64,000 nt of DNA, from the NCBI RefSeq assembly GCF_963921235.1, contig NC_086109.1, positions 31,126,001 through 31,190,000 on the forward strand. The letters run 5' to 3'. Below, piece by piece: positions 51,316-64,000 of this stretch. The stretch is from Mobula hypostoma. Lineage: Eukaryota. Each line of letters opens with the position of its first letter. Positions within the stretch are counted from its first letter, which is position 1. A program made the translations under genes and the position numbers. The notes beneath the pieces were generated by a model that saw only the letters and a program-made list of their open reading frames with translations, was not told the DNA's origin and ran no database searches.

Positions 51316-52244
51316 ATTTGCAATTGTTGGCAATAGGAGCTCAACTCATCATGTTGTGGGTCACAGGGAAATAATACATACTAAAAAGTCGCATCTCAAA
51401 CAGAGGTCTATTTTCACAGATGGTAGCTTAATTCAAACATTGTGATAACCATGAATAATATGGTTCAGAATTTCATCATTACACCATTGGCATTTTGATG
51501 TGAAATGGCAGCAAGATTGCTTGCACTTCCTACTTGAGGTAATTTTGGCAGTTCAATTAAAATAAATATTGAGTTTATTGAAATTGAAAATCCAAACACT
51601 CGAGATGTCTGGGCTTAAAATTATATTGCATGCAAAAATGTGCACAAAAATAGCAATAGACCATGAACAGTTGTTAGTTTTTTTCAAACCCAATAAGGGG
51701 CAAGGTTCTTAGCTGCAGTGTATGGAGGGAGTGATGCCTGCTAGCAGCACAGGTTATGAATCTCCAGCATGGTCAGGCAAAATCACCATGCATCATTCAC
51801 AACTTAGCTTTGAGGCTAAGTGCCATGGGAATTCCACTCAATGCAGTGTTTCTCACACGAACTATAGCTTCATGTAGCAGATTGCTCAAACTGATGTGGT
51901 GGGTTAGTGTTGCCAGGCACTAGGTGTCTCCAGTAGACAGTCAGGCAATCTGGCTGTTCAGGTGATTGTTTCCTCTCCTGCCCCACAGTTTTGTAGAATC
52001 TAAATGTGAGTCAATATTTCGGAACACGTAGCATCTGACACGCTTTCATAGCCACAATATATGGCTATTCCAGGTATGACTGTCCTCAGTGGTGACTTCC
52101 AGAATGTGTTTGATCGAAGTTCAAAGTAATTTTTTTTGTCAAAGTACATATACGTCACCGTATAGCACTCTTGCGGGCATTCACGGTAAATACGAAGAAA
52201 CATAATAGAGTCACCGAGAATCACATCACTGAGGATCTAATGTG

Positions 52245-52831
52245 GTCTGTACATACCTACTGTGTGATGGAAAAAGCACAACAGTACCTCTTTCACCTCA
52301 GGCAGTTGAAGAAGTTTGGTACGGCCCCCAAATCCTAAGGACTTTCTATAGGGGCATGATTGAGAGCATCATGACTGGCTGCATCACTACCTGGTATGGC
52401 AACTGTACTTCCCTCAATCGCAGGACTCTGTAGAGAGTGATGCAGACAGCCCAGTGCATCTGTAGATGTGAACTTCCCACTATTCAGGACATTTACAAAG
52501 ACAGGTGTGTAAAAAAGCCCGAAGGATCATTGGGGACCCAAGTCAGCCCAACCACAAACTGTTCCAGCTGCTACCATCCAGGAAACGGTACTGCAACATA
52601 AAAACGAGGACCAACAGGCTCTGGGACAGCTTCTTCCACCAGGCCATCAGACTGATTAATTCATGCTGATACAATTGTATTTCTATATTATATTGACTGT
52701 TCTGTTGTACATACTCCTTATTACAAATTACTGTAAATTGCACATTGCACATTTAGACGGAGATGCAGCATAATGATTTTTACTCGTCATGTATATGAAG
52801 AATGTAAGGAATAAAGTCAATTCAATTCAAT
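52245..52831 (+). mobile_element. Rex1/Babar 3' fragment
   Basis: LRTFYRGMIESIMTGCITTWYGNC; ends AATAAAGT(CAATT)n. Confidence 0.88.
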
Positions 52832-54166
52832 GAAAAACTGCATGCAAAGATGGACAAACAACCAATGTGCAAAAGTTGTGCAAATACAAAAAAGTAAAAA
52901 CAAAATAATCATAAATAAATAAATAACAGATATCAAGAATGCGAGCTGCAGAACCTTGAAAGTGAAGTCCATTGGTTGTGGTATCAGTTCAGTGGTGGGG
53001 TGAGTGAGCTTGGTTCAGGAGCTTGGTGGTTGAAGGGTAATAATGTTCCTGGCAGTGCGGGACAAGGCTTCTGTACCTTCTTCCTAGGGGCAGCAGCGAA
53101 AAGAGAATAAGGCATGTATGGTGACGGTGGATTCTACCTTCCTGTGAGGGAGGGCTTTACTTCTGGTGGACTGAGTTTTGTCCACCAGTTTTTGTAGGCT
53201 TTTGCATTCAGGGGGATTTGAGTTTCCATAACAGGCAATGATGCAACCAGATTTTATCAGTGGATGCTATCATGTATTGAATGACAATAAAGTAATAGAA
53301 TCCTAAGGACTGATGATTGGGGTTCCTCTTGCTGAAGCTGGTCATAGTCACTGCCATGAATGATACTTGCCAGTACCCACCCAAATCCGAACATTATCCT
53401 GATCTTGCCGACTGGCACAGAGAACATTTCATTAGCTGCGGAACAAACATCACTTTTTTTTTGTGGTGGCGGATCTGTCATTGATGCAGCAGCTGAAACA
53501 GATGATTAGGTTTAGTACATTATCCTAGGGAAATCCTACAGTGATGTACCGTAGCACAGATAATTAGCCTAAAACTGAATTACCTTTGTGCTGGATTTTA
53601 CTGTGGCTAGTGGAGCAATTTTCTCTTATTTCCCATTAAGCTGAATTGTACCAGGGCTACATGATACTGCATTCCACCCAATGCTGTATGGATGTCGAAG
53701 GCTGTCACGCTCACCTCATCTACTGTGTAATTCAGCACATTTGAAACTATATTATAATAATGTCCTGTGCTGTCATCCTGGCAATGGCCAACAGTATCAG
53801 AGAAGAAGTTAATGATAAGTAATGCCTGCTGTTTGTGGTATTTTTGAAACATTGGTGACGATTGAAAGCAGGGTAGTGACTAGTCAAGTTGGACTTCTCC
53901 TGCATTTTGTAGGCAGGTCGTAGCTGAGGAAAACTTTCCATGCCTGGGCAGGTTCCAATATGCTGTATTGAAATAACCTGGCATGTGGTGTAACTAGAAT
54001 GCAATCTGCTGGAGGAACCCAGTAGGACAGGCAGCAAATGTAGTGGCAAAGGCGACAGGCCACATTTTGGACTGAGATTCGACATTAGGATCCAGAGTCT
54101 CAACTTGAAATATTGACTCTTCCTCTGCCATCAAAGTTGCTGCCTAACCCACTTAGTTCTTCTAGC

Positions 54167-55050
54167 TGTTACGTACCCTGTAACTGGGTTGCCAAACCAG
54201 CAGAAATGGACCACTCAGTTGGAATCTGGATTACTGGAACTAAGAAAGTTTTATTAAAGAAATAAGCAACACAGTACTCTAATAGTAAGGATATAAATGC
54301 AACAGGTTAGCAATGAATAAACACACATGTACACAGAACTAGGATAATAGGGTCAATCAAGCTCTATCGCAGTCTAGGGGTAAGATGATCAATCACAAGT
54401 GACAGAGTTCAGTTTAGTTCAGTTCACAGTAATCGCCGTCGTGCCATTGGAGAGAGAGAGAGAACGAATGAATATGCAAATCGGATTCTAAACAGACCTT
54501 CGATATTCCTCGCAGTTAGCTTTCGGGCGAGCCCTTTGTAATGTCTTCTGAGGTCACCGACTCTGACCCCTCCGTTCCAGACATGACCGTTCCTCAGCGG
54601 TGAACCCGGCACCCAGGCAAGGGCAGACACACTCCAGATTCCCGCCGACCGTATCTTTCCACCCTGTGCGTCTATGGCTGGTCCCGCGACCAAACCTCCA
54701 AAACTCCCACCGACTTGTGGGGGTGCACCGCTTCCAGGGTCTCGTTACCTCGTGGTGTCGTGTGTGGTGTCTTAGCGAACCCGCCCCTTTTTATCCCCCT
54801 GCTGGGGTATCGCCTGTCCATCACACTTCAAACAGTTCAGGGTTCAAAAGGAGCCGGTCTTGACAATACTCAGATCAGTGTCTCCTTCCGTTAAACACTC
54901 TCGTCTCTTCATTAACATTTCCAAATGCTGCTCCATTGTCTTACTTATCTCTCTCTCCTGAAGACAGGTGGCAGATCAACTGTTGATCCCACTGGTGCTA
55001 GCACAGGACAGTTAACATCTTAGTCTATGTGTAAGCCCTCTTTCGTCACA
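54167..55050 (-). mobile_element. Solo LTR (884 bp) of a second LTR family, inserted in a Penelope relic
   Basis: TGTTACG...CGTCACA termini; 4-bp TSD TAGC at 54163-54166 and 55051-55054; minus-strand TATA-like motif near 54790 and AATAAA near 54250. Confidence 0.85.
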
Positions 55051-58000
55051 TAGCAGATTGAGTTTTGTTCCAGGTTTGAGCATCTGCAATCTCTTATGTC
55101 TCTAGTAATACGACTAGTTTTTGGAAGTTAAGTCCCCACCACCACAATATGGATATGGTCCGATCCCATAGCCTTTGTGCTTGTTTGTTTCTTGATATTG
55201 TGTGGAGTGAATGGAGTTGTTTGAAAGTTTGCTCAGTTATGGAAACAGACCGTCAAGATGGACATGTCTTCTCTACCTACATGCTAGGCATGCTAGCAGA
55301 TATTCTAGGAGCATCCATATTCTGTAGACTATTTAGTTGAACATACCAAGTTTGTAGAGCATTCACCCGATCTGTATTTTGTGGAATCAATTTGCTTTGA
55401 TAATACCATACGGTATCTGCTGTCTAGCACGGAGGCTGTCATTTGTAGCACCTTGTTTTTTTTTGGGTGCCCCTAGTGCTACTTCTGGCAATCTCTCCTA
55501 CACATATAAATGCACGCTTTGCTCTCTAATTTGATGATAATTTAAGAGCAAAGAAAAGGCTGTGTAATAATTTGCAATTTATGATGACATAAAGTTCTGT
55601 TGCTGCTAATGGTTCTCATGGATGTCTAGGTTTTAAACTGTTGGCTCTTTTTTGAACCTATTCTTCTCAGCATTTAGTGAAGCATTCTGTATTGGAAGGT
55701 GTCCTTAATATGAAGATGAGATTCTATTATCACAAATACTTTGCAGCTAATTTTAATTTAATGACTCAATTTAGTAATTGCATACATTATTTAAGTAAAA
55801 CAATTTAACTGCCAACTAGATTATAATTGTTTATAATTTATGTAGTAACTAAGTTCTATATCGTTAAGATATAATTATAATATATTTTTAAAAATTAATA
55901 TTTAAAACTAATATCTTATCAACAATGCCATACAAATACAGCAGTAACACACTGATTAAAGATGACAATGTCAGCTAGATTTTGCCTTGACTTCAGTGCA
56001 GTGTCCATATGTCAGTGTCCCTGACTGGAATGAGTGCCTTTTAGGCTCAGCCAGCGTAGTTAAGTATCTTTGGACTCTAAGTGCCTGAAGAATAGCTTTC
56101 CCAACTTTGATATAACAATCCATATAAGTCAGCAGATAGGACTTTGCAGGATTTTCTGCATTTCCTATGTCCAGAATGGGTAGATGAGGGTAAATGATGA
56201 AGTAGGAGTTAGTGTGAAGAAGTCATGTTCAGCCATAGGTTGATATTAGAGGTGAGGAGTTGTTCTGCATTGTTGATATATTGATCAATTAAGACCCTGA
56301 ATTGTGAATGTTTGTTATCTGAAGGATTGGGTAGGGAAGGTTCTATTAATTGTCCAAGTGCACTTCTCTATGGATGGAGCCTAATGAATACAAAATTATG
56401 TTTTGTGCTTATAAACTAAGTAATAATATATTTATAAACTTATATTACATGCTTATAGTCTTTCAACTCTGGCAGGAAGCAAATATTGAGCTCTCTGTAC
56501 CCATATTCCCTTGGCAGTTCCAAATTTTAATTTTTGGAAAAAGCTGAAGAAAACTCATTGTATAACCTCCTAGGAGATGAGTAGAAAATTTTAAAATTGT
56601 ATCTACAACATCAATATTAAAAGGATAAATTACTATTTCGTTTAATTCTATGTTTATGCTTATATTGAGATATGAAATCTCTACAAAGATTCATCAGCAT
56701 ATGTCATCACTGTTGATGGCAGTATAGGAATGTTCTCAACATTGACAGCTGACATATAACAATATATGTGATAATTTTAAGTTAGAGAACAAGATGTGTA
56801 CAATTCTTGCAATTACATTTTGACTTATTAAATTTTAAAGAGTATGTTTGTGTACATTAATATTGGCTGTTAAATTTGGTGATGTTCTTTAAACAACCTG
56901 AGTAAATGTTGATAGATAATGTTTGCAAATTAAAATTCTAGTTAGACCTTTACAGATGGGACAGTAAAAAATAGGTCAGCTGCCTGACTTCTTGATCATT
57001 CCTGTTATCATTCTATGAATTTAACTTTTCACTGCGGACCCCCTAACACAAGGTTATTTTTTAAAAATTATAAAGCCTGGGCTGTGCATGTCGTTTCATC
57101 TTATCTTCTTGGTAACTCTGTGGAATTTATTGCCACAGGCATCTGTAGAGGCTGAGTCATTGGGTGCATTTGAAACAAGGGTTGACAGGTTCCTGATTAG
57201 TGTGCGTGCCCATTGCGAGTGATGTGGCTTGCCATGCTGTTTGCACGCCACAACGTTTGCTGGGAAACGCCATCCTGCCCGTTGAACCAGCTGTTGGTTT
57301 CCTCCATGCAGTCCACTGAATCCAATCTTCACATGCTTTGGGTAGATGGGCCAGAAGTCACCAAGGGTTCAAAAAACCCCAATGACTATTTTAACTTGGT
57401 TGGGCTGGCCTGTTAAAGCTGTTGTCTGGGGTATGGCAACTGTCACATGCAAACAGCTTACTTGGAGCCACAGGTGAAAGCTGAGTACCAGCTGAGGACC
57501 AAAGGTTAAAGACCTACCAAGGAAGTTATGGCAGCTCTTCACACCAGAGGTGCTACCCCTCTCTGACGTACCATTGATTAATAGGGTTGAGAGGCAGGAA
57601 TGGGGTTGAGAGGGAAAATAAATCAGCCATAAATGAATGGCAGAGTAGACTTGATGGGCCAAATAGCCTATTTCTGCTCATATGTCTTGTGGTCTAATCC
57701 ATGCCTTCCTTCCTTGAGATAATTATTGCAGGGCTTCAAATTGGAGAGGAAAAACACTTTGAAAACACGTGGACTTTAAAAAAAATCTTAAGTAATCCTC
57801 TCACCAATACAATAGAAATTACATTAAAGCATACCGTTGGTGTTTATGTTTCCCTTAAATCTAGGGCAAACTGCATTCAGAGGGAAAATAAGTTCAATGA
57901 GCCTGCATTACTGGTCAGGGTGGAGGTGGACGGATTATTTAGCAGTGATAAACACTCGATGTATGCGTGACTGTGTTCTCTATTGGACTGTCGTATGATA

Positions 58001-59389
58001 TGCCAAAAAGTCACTGAGACTCAAAATGCCAACTTTTCATCTCAATAGCTCCTTTACACTGATCCTAGGAATTTCTACTGATAATGTTGCCAGCCAGAAA
58101 GCAGGCACCACATGACACTGCACTTCAAAAAGTTCAAAAGTGCAAAATTCCAAGCGTATTCATTATCAAAGTACATATGTGTCACCATATGCTACCCTGT
58201 GATTCATTTTCTTGCAGGCATTCACAGTAAAACAGGGAAATGAAACTGAATCAGTGAAAAATTACACAGAAAGCAAGACTGGCAAACAAGCAATGTGCAA
58301 AAGAAGGCAAACTGTGCAAATAAATAACACTGGGAACATAAGTTGTAGTGTTGTAGGTAATTAAACGACAATTCCCTTTTACAACCAACAATACAATGAA
58401 CATTCTGCTTCAATCATTATCCAGGGTACAAATCAAATGCTTGCAAGTTATCATTTATAGAATTCCTTTGGCTGTGCTATCTCAAGGGAAAACATACCTC
58501 CCTGTACTCAGAAATGCAGCTCATGCAGGAAAGAAGAATAAAGCTATTTAAGAATAGGATAAGGATATTGAATCCAGTTGTGGGTTAAGTGTCTGTTTTT
58601 ATGCCTTAAGTATTGTGCAATTCTACTTCAAGATTCAAGATTGTTTAATGTAATTTGCAGTACACAAGTGTAAAGAAGAACAAAATAATTGTAAGTCCGG
58701 ATCTGATAACTGCACAAAAAAGCATGGTAACGTAAAGACACAATAATTTAAAAAACACACAATGAATATAAATACCTGAAATTACTGATATGCACAGATT
58801 GATTGTATGTCTATAAAGTGTCACTAGGCACAGGAATGTCCATACAGAATTGGAATCAGTTTTAATATCAATGGCATATGTCATGAAATTTGTTGTCTTC
58901 GTGACAACAGTACTTTTCTATACATAATAATAGAAAAAAGCTGTGAATTACAGTAAATACATACGTGTGGTCCTTCGTGATGGATGCCACTTTTTTGAGG
59001 CATCGTTCCTTGAAGATTTCCTAGATACTATGGAGGCTAGTGTCCATGATAGAATTGACTAAGTTTACAACTCTCTGCAGCTTATTTTGATCCAGTCCAG
59101 TAGCCACCCTGCCCCATACCAGACAGTGATGCAGCAGTTAGATACTTTGGTACATCTCTAGAAATTTGCAAGTAAGGCAACTCTGACAGGAAGTGATAAA
59201 ATAATGGTGATGTGGGATGTGGAGGGGTTGGTTAGTGGGTGTAGTTGTTTATCAGCCTTACTGCTTGGGGAAAGTAACTGATTTAAGTCTGGTAGTCTTG
59301 GTTCGGATACTACACAGCCTCTGACCTGATGGAAGTGGAGCAAACAGTCCATGAGCAGGGCAGGAAAAACATCATTTTTCCTTTGTGAT

Positions 59390-62300
59390 GTTACTGACCT
59401 TTCTCCAGCACCCTTCTGTACACATATCCATGATGGTATGTAGGCTATTGCTGTTGATGTGTTCGGCAGTTTGCATTTAACATCTTAGTCCATGTGTATT
59501 TTGTAACACATATCCATGATGGTATGTAGGCTATTGTTGTTGATGTGTTAGGCAGTTTGGACAACTGTTGTGGCACATTCCTGTCTGCCGCAGTGCAATT
59601 TCCATACTATTCAGTGATACAACATGTTAGGATGTTCTCTACTGTGTATCTCCATCACGACTTGAGTATAGATGTGTACAGCCCAGCTCTCTTCAACCTC
59701 TTCAGAAATTTGAGGTGTTGGTGAGCTTTCCTGATTGTATAGGATACGTTCTGGGTCCGTGAGAGGTTTTGCAAAATGTGCACTCCCAGGAGTTTGAAAC
59801 TGCTCACAGTTTCCACCGCAGTCTTGCCCATGTAGAGAGGAGTGTGAGTGATCCGAGTTCTCCTGAAGTCAATAACCATCTCCTTTGTCCTGTTGACATT
59901 GAGGTTACTTGCTTGGAACCCAGCCTCAAGCTCTTCCACCTCCTCTCTGTACACCATCTCATTGTTATTGGTGATGAACCCCACCACTGTCGTGTCATCA
60001 TTGAACTTGACAGCGTGATTACTCAGGTATTTGGCCGTGCAGTCATAGGTGAGAATACTGCTGCCCAGTAAGCTTGGCATTCAGCCCTGGGGGTGGGGGG
60101 GGGCACTCATGCTGAGAACGATGGAGAGGGAGGAGCTGTTGTGCATCCTGACTATCTGGGCTCTGTTGGTTAGGAAGTCAAACATCCAATAGCACAGTGG
60201 TGTATTTAGACTGAGGATCAGGAGTTTGTTCACCATGGTCTGTTGGAGAAAAGTGTTAATTGACAAACTGGAATCCAGAAACGAGTATTCTGACGTAGAG
60301 TCATAGAACACTACAGCACAGACACAGGTCCTTCATTCTATCTCATCTGTGCTGAACTATTAATCTGCCTAGTCCGATCAATCCGCACCCAGACCAGAGC
60401 CCTCCATAAATGACACTTAAAGGATTGACGATGGATATGTAATGGCAAGCATTTAAAGGTTGCATGGATGAACTACAACAATTGTTCATCCCAGTTTGGC
60501 AAAAGAATAAATCAAGGAAGGTAGTGCACCCGTGGCTGACAAGAGAAATTAGGAATAGTATCAAATCCAAAGAAGTAGCATACAAATTAGCCAGAGAAAG
60601 TGGCTCACCTGAGGACTGGGAGAAATTCAGAGTTCAGCAGAGGAGGACAAAGGGCTTAATTAGGAAGGGGAAAAAAGATTATGAGAGAAAACTGGCGGGG
60701 AACATAAAAACGGACTGTAAAAGCTTTTATAGATATGTAAAAAGGAAAAGACTGGTAAAGACAAATGTAGGTCCCCTGCAGACAGAAACAGGTGAATTGA
60801 TTATGGGGAGCAAGGACATGGCAGATCAATTGAATAATTACTTTGGTTCTGTCTTCACTAAGGAGGACATAAATAATCTTCCAGAAATAGTAAGGGACAG
60901 AGGGTCCAGTGAGATGGAGGAACTGAGTGAAATACATGTTAGTAGGGAAGTGGTGTTAGGTAAATTGAAGGGATTGAAGGCAGATAAATCCCCAGGGCCA
61001 GATGGTCTGCATCCTAGAGTGCTTAAGGAAGTAGCCCAAGAAATAGTGGATGCATTAGTGATAATTTTTCAAAACTCATTAGATTCTGGACTAGTTCCTG
61101 AGGATTGGAGGTTGGCTAATGGAACCCCACTTTTTAAAAAAGGAGGGAGAGAGAAACCGGGGAATTATAGACCGGTTAGCCTAACGTCGGTGGTGGGGAA
61201 ACTGCTGGAGTCAGTTATCAAGGATGTGCTAACAGCACATTTGGAAAGCGGTGAAATGATCGGACAAAGTCAGCATGGATTTGTGAAAGGAAAATCATGT
61301 CTGACGAATCTCATAGAATTTTTTGAGGATGTAACTAGTAGAGTGGATAGGGGAGAACCAGTGGATGTGGTATATTTGGATTTTCAAAAGGCTTTTGACA
61401 AGGTCCCACACAGGAGATTAGTGTGCAAACTTAAAGCACACGGTATTGGGGGTAAGGTATTGGTGTGGGTGGAGAATTGGTTAGCAGACAGGAAGCAAAG
61501 AGTGGGAATAAATGGGACCCTTTCAGAATGGCAGGCAGTGACTAGTGGGGTACCGCAAGGCTCAGTGCTGGGACCCCAGTTGTTTACAATATATATTAAT
61601 GACTTGGATGAGGGAATTAAATGCAGCACCTCCAAGTTTGCGGATGACACGAAGCTGGGTGGCAGTGTTTTCAGTGAGGAGGATGCTAAGAGGATGCAAA
61701 GAGGATGCAGGGTGACTTGGATAGGTTGGGTGAGTGGGCAAACTCATGGCAGATGCAATTTAATGTGGATAAGTGTGAAGTTATCCACTTTGGTGGCAAA
61801 AATAGGAAAACAGATTATTATCTGAATGGTGGCCGATTAGGAAAAGGGGAGGTGCAACGAGACCTGGGTGTCATTATACACCAGTCATTGAAAGTGGGCA
61901 TGCAGGTACAGCAGGCGGTGAAAAAGGCGAATGGTATGCTGGCATTTATAGCGAGAGGATTCGAGTACAGGAGCAGGGAGGTACTACTGCAGTTGTACAA
62001 GGCCTTGGTGAGACCACACCTGGAGTATTGTGTGCAGTTTTGGTCCCCTAATCTGAGGAAAGACATCTTTGCCATAGAGGGAGTACAAAGAAGGTTCACC
62101 AGATTGATTCCTGGGATGGCAGGACTTTCATATGAAGAAAGACTGGATGAACTGGGCTTGTACTCGTTGGAATTTAGAAGATTGAGGGGGGATCTGATTG
62201 AAACGTATGAGATCCTAAAGGGATTGGACAGGCTAGATGTCCAGGTGACCCAAGGCCCTGTGAAGGGCCAATGAGATCACAACTACTGTAGGCCCATTGT

Positions 62301-63080
62301 GGTGATAGGCAAATTGCAATTGGTCTAAGTCCTTGCTAAGGAAGGAGTTGATTCTCTCAAAGCATTCATTACCGTAGATGTGAGTGCTACTGGATGATAG
62401 TTGTTAAGGCAACACACACTGCTCTTCTTGAGCACTGGTATAACTGTTGTCTTTTTGAAGCAGGTGAGATCTTCCAATAGTAGCAAAGTGAAATTAAAAA
62501 TGTCTTTAAACACACCCGCCAGTTGGTTGGCACTAACAGGTACACCATTGGGGCCTGTCTCCTTGCCAGGGTTCGTCCTCTCAAAGGATATTCTGTCATC
62601 AGCTTCCAAGACAGAGATCACAGGGTCACCAAATGCTGCAGGGATTCTCATAGCTGTAGTTTTATTCTCTCTTTTAAAGTGTGCATAAAGGGTATTGAGC
62701 TCATCTGGCAAGGAAGCATCAGAGCCATTCATGATGTTAAGTTCCTTTTTAGGAAATAATGGACTGCAAACCCTACCAGAGTTGAAGTGCATCTGATTCC
62801 ACCTCTAACCTCAATTGTAATTGTTCTTTTGCACTTGAGATAGCCCTCCACAAATTGTGCCTGGCCTTCTTGCACAATTCCTGGTTTACCAGACTTGAAT
62901 GCCACAGATCTAGCCCTTAGCAGATTACGACTCTCCTGGTTCCCCCATGTCTTTTGATTTGGTTATGTATGGTATGAGTTTGTATGCAGACACTCACCTA
63001 TGCAGGTTTTAATGAAATCAGTGACAATTGTGACATATTGATTCAGACTAGAAGATGAAGTACTGTCCAGTCCACTGACT
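59390..63080 (-). mobile_element. Degraded Rex1/Babar LINE split by CR1 sequence at about 60296-62240
   Basis: LPDELN, NNYHPVALTS, ISLALHRALGHL on the right part; VRIL, KFNDDTTVVG, FKLLGVHI on the left part. Confidence 0.85.
60412..62240 (+). mobile_element. Young CR1 ORF2 segment lacking both 5' end and 3' tail
   Basis: ORFs 60464-61825 and 61705-62274 with full RT motifs ([24 protein letters not shown]); one frameshift from the 11-bp duplication AAGAGGATGCA at 61688-61709. Confidence 0.95.
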
Positions 63081-64000
63081 CAAAAGTTCATTTATTATTA
63101 AAGTACGTAAGCTGTATACAACTCTGAAATTCGTCTTCTCCAGATAACAATGAAACAAAATAAAACATAGATGTCATTCAAAAAAAAAATCAAATCCACC
63201 CCTACACACATAAAAGAACAGCAAAACAATCATCCACCCCCAAACCCCTCTCCCCACATGAAAAAACTAACAAAATGCACCAATGAGAAAGAGCAGATGA
63301 AAAGACAGAATATAAAAACCATCAGAATGAAAACGTCCACCATCTATAAAAAGTCATTCTATAAACTCAGAACCTCAGTAACATCCTCCAACAGCATCGA
63401 TAGAAAGAGATACCACTCGAACACAGAGGCCTACCCTTCGGCAACAGGAACAACAGGCTGCCACACAGGGTCCTTCTCCAGCAGTGATCAAAAGCAGGCA
63501 GTCAGCACTGAACACTCGCTTGCCTTCGACATTTGCCTCAGTATTTCAATCTTCCTCAACGCTTTAATCAGTGATTAATGGATGCTTTAATCAGCAAAAT
63601 TGAGTCAATAATTATCACACGCCCCATATCTAAGTTTCTTTATTTCAAGGGAACTAGAACAAGTGCTCGCTCTCTGGAATCTTCCTGAGAAAGCCAAATG
63701 CTGGATCACGCAATCAATCTCTAAAATGTAAATTACAGGCTTTAACAATTCCAGAAACACATTTAGGATGAAAAGCAGATGTAAAAGAAGTGAAATAAAC
63801 AGTTTTGTGAACTATTTGGAAGATGTCGATCAAGGGGGTGTTGTGCACCTGCGCCATCATGACTGGAGTCCTGAAATCACTCCTCTGCCTCTTAAATCCA
63901 TACCTTCTTGGCACTCTCCACTGGTGCTGAGGTCTTTTGTCTCGGTCTGTACTCAGGGAGTAGAAGTACAGCTAGATGATCTGATTTTCCAATGTGTCGG

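Overview
Eukaryotic, AT-rich, repeat-dense window. The repeat spectrum (CR1, Rex1/Babar, Penelope relics, a tRNA-derived SINE, Tc1, hAT, Chapaev3) suggests a vertebrate, probably a cartilaginous fish (inference). No complete host gene is visible, only one candidate coding exon near 23.9-24.1 kb. Two decayed copies of one Gypsy LTR-retrotransposon family dominate (405-8598, 27520-36512), each with 228-bp LTRs and a perfect 5-bp TSD, and each inserted into a CR1 relic. Copy 1 carries a nearly intact 5'-truncated Tx1 LINE in its RT. Copy 2 carries an RNase H-containing I/Nimb-type LINE, which in turn carries a HERO-type RLE fragment. Most interesting signal: both Gypsy copies lack a tRNA-type PBS. 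The 16 nt at the PBS position are instead complementary to the LTR segment holding the AATAAA signal, suggesting self-priming coupled to masking of the 5' poly(A) signal. Both copies also share an in-frame TGA between gag and protease (candidate readthrough). All family assignments come from motif recognition by eye; no searches were run, and boundaries without a TSD are approximate.
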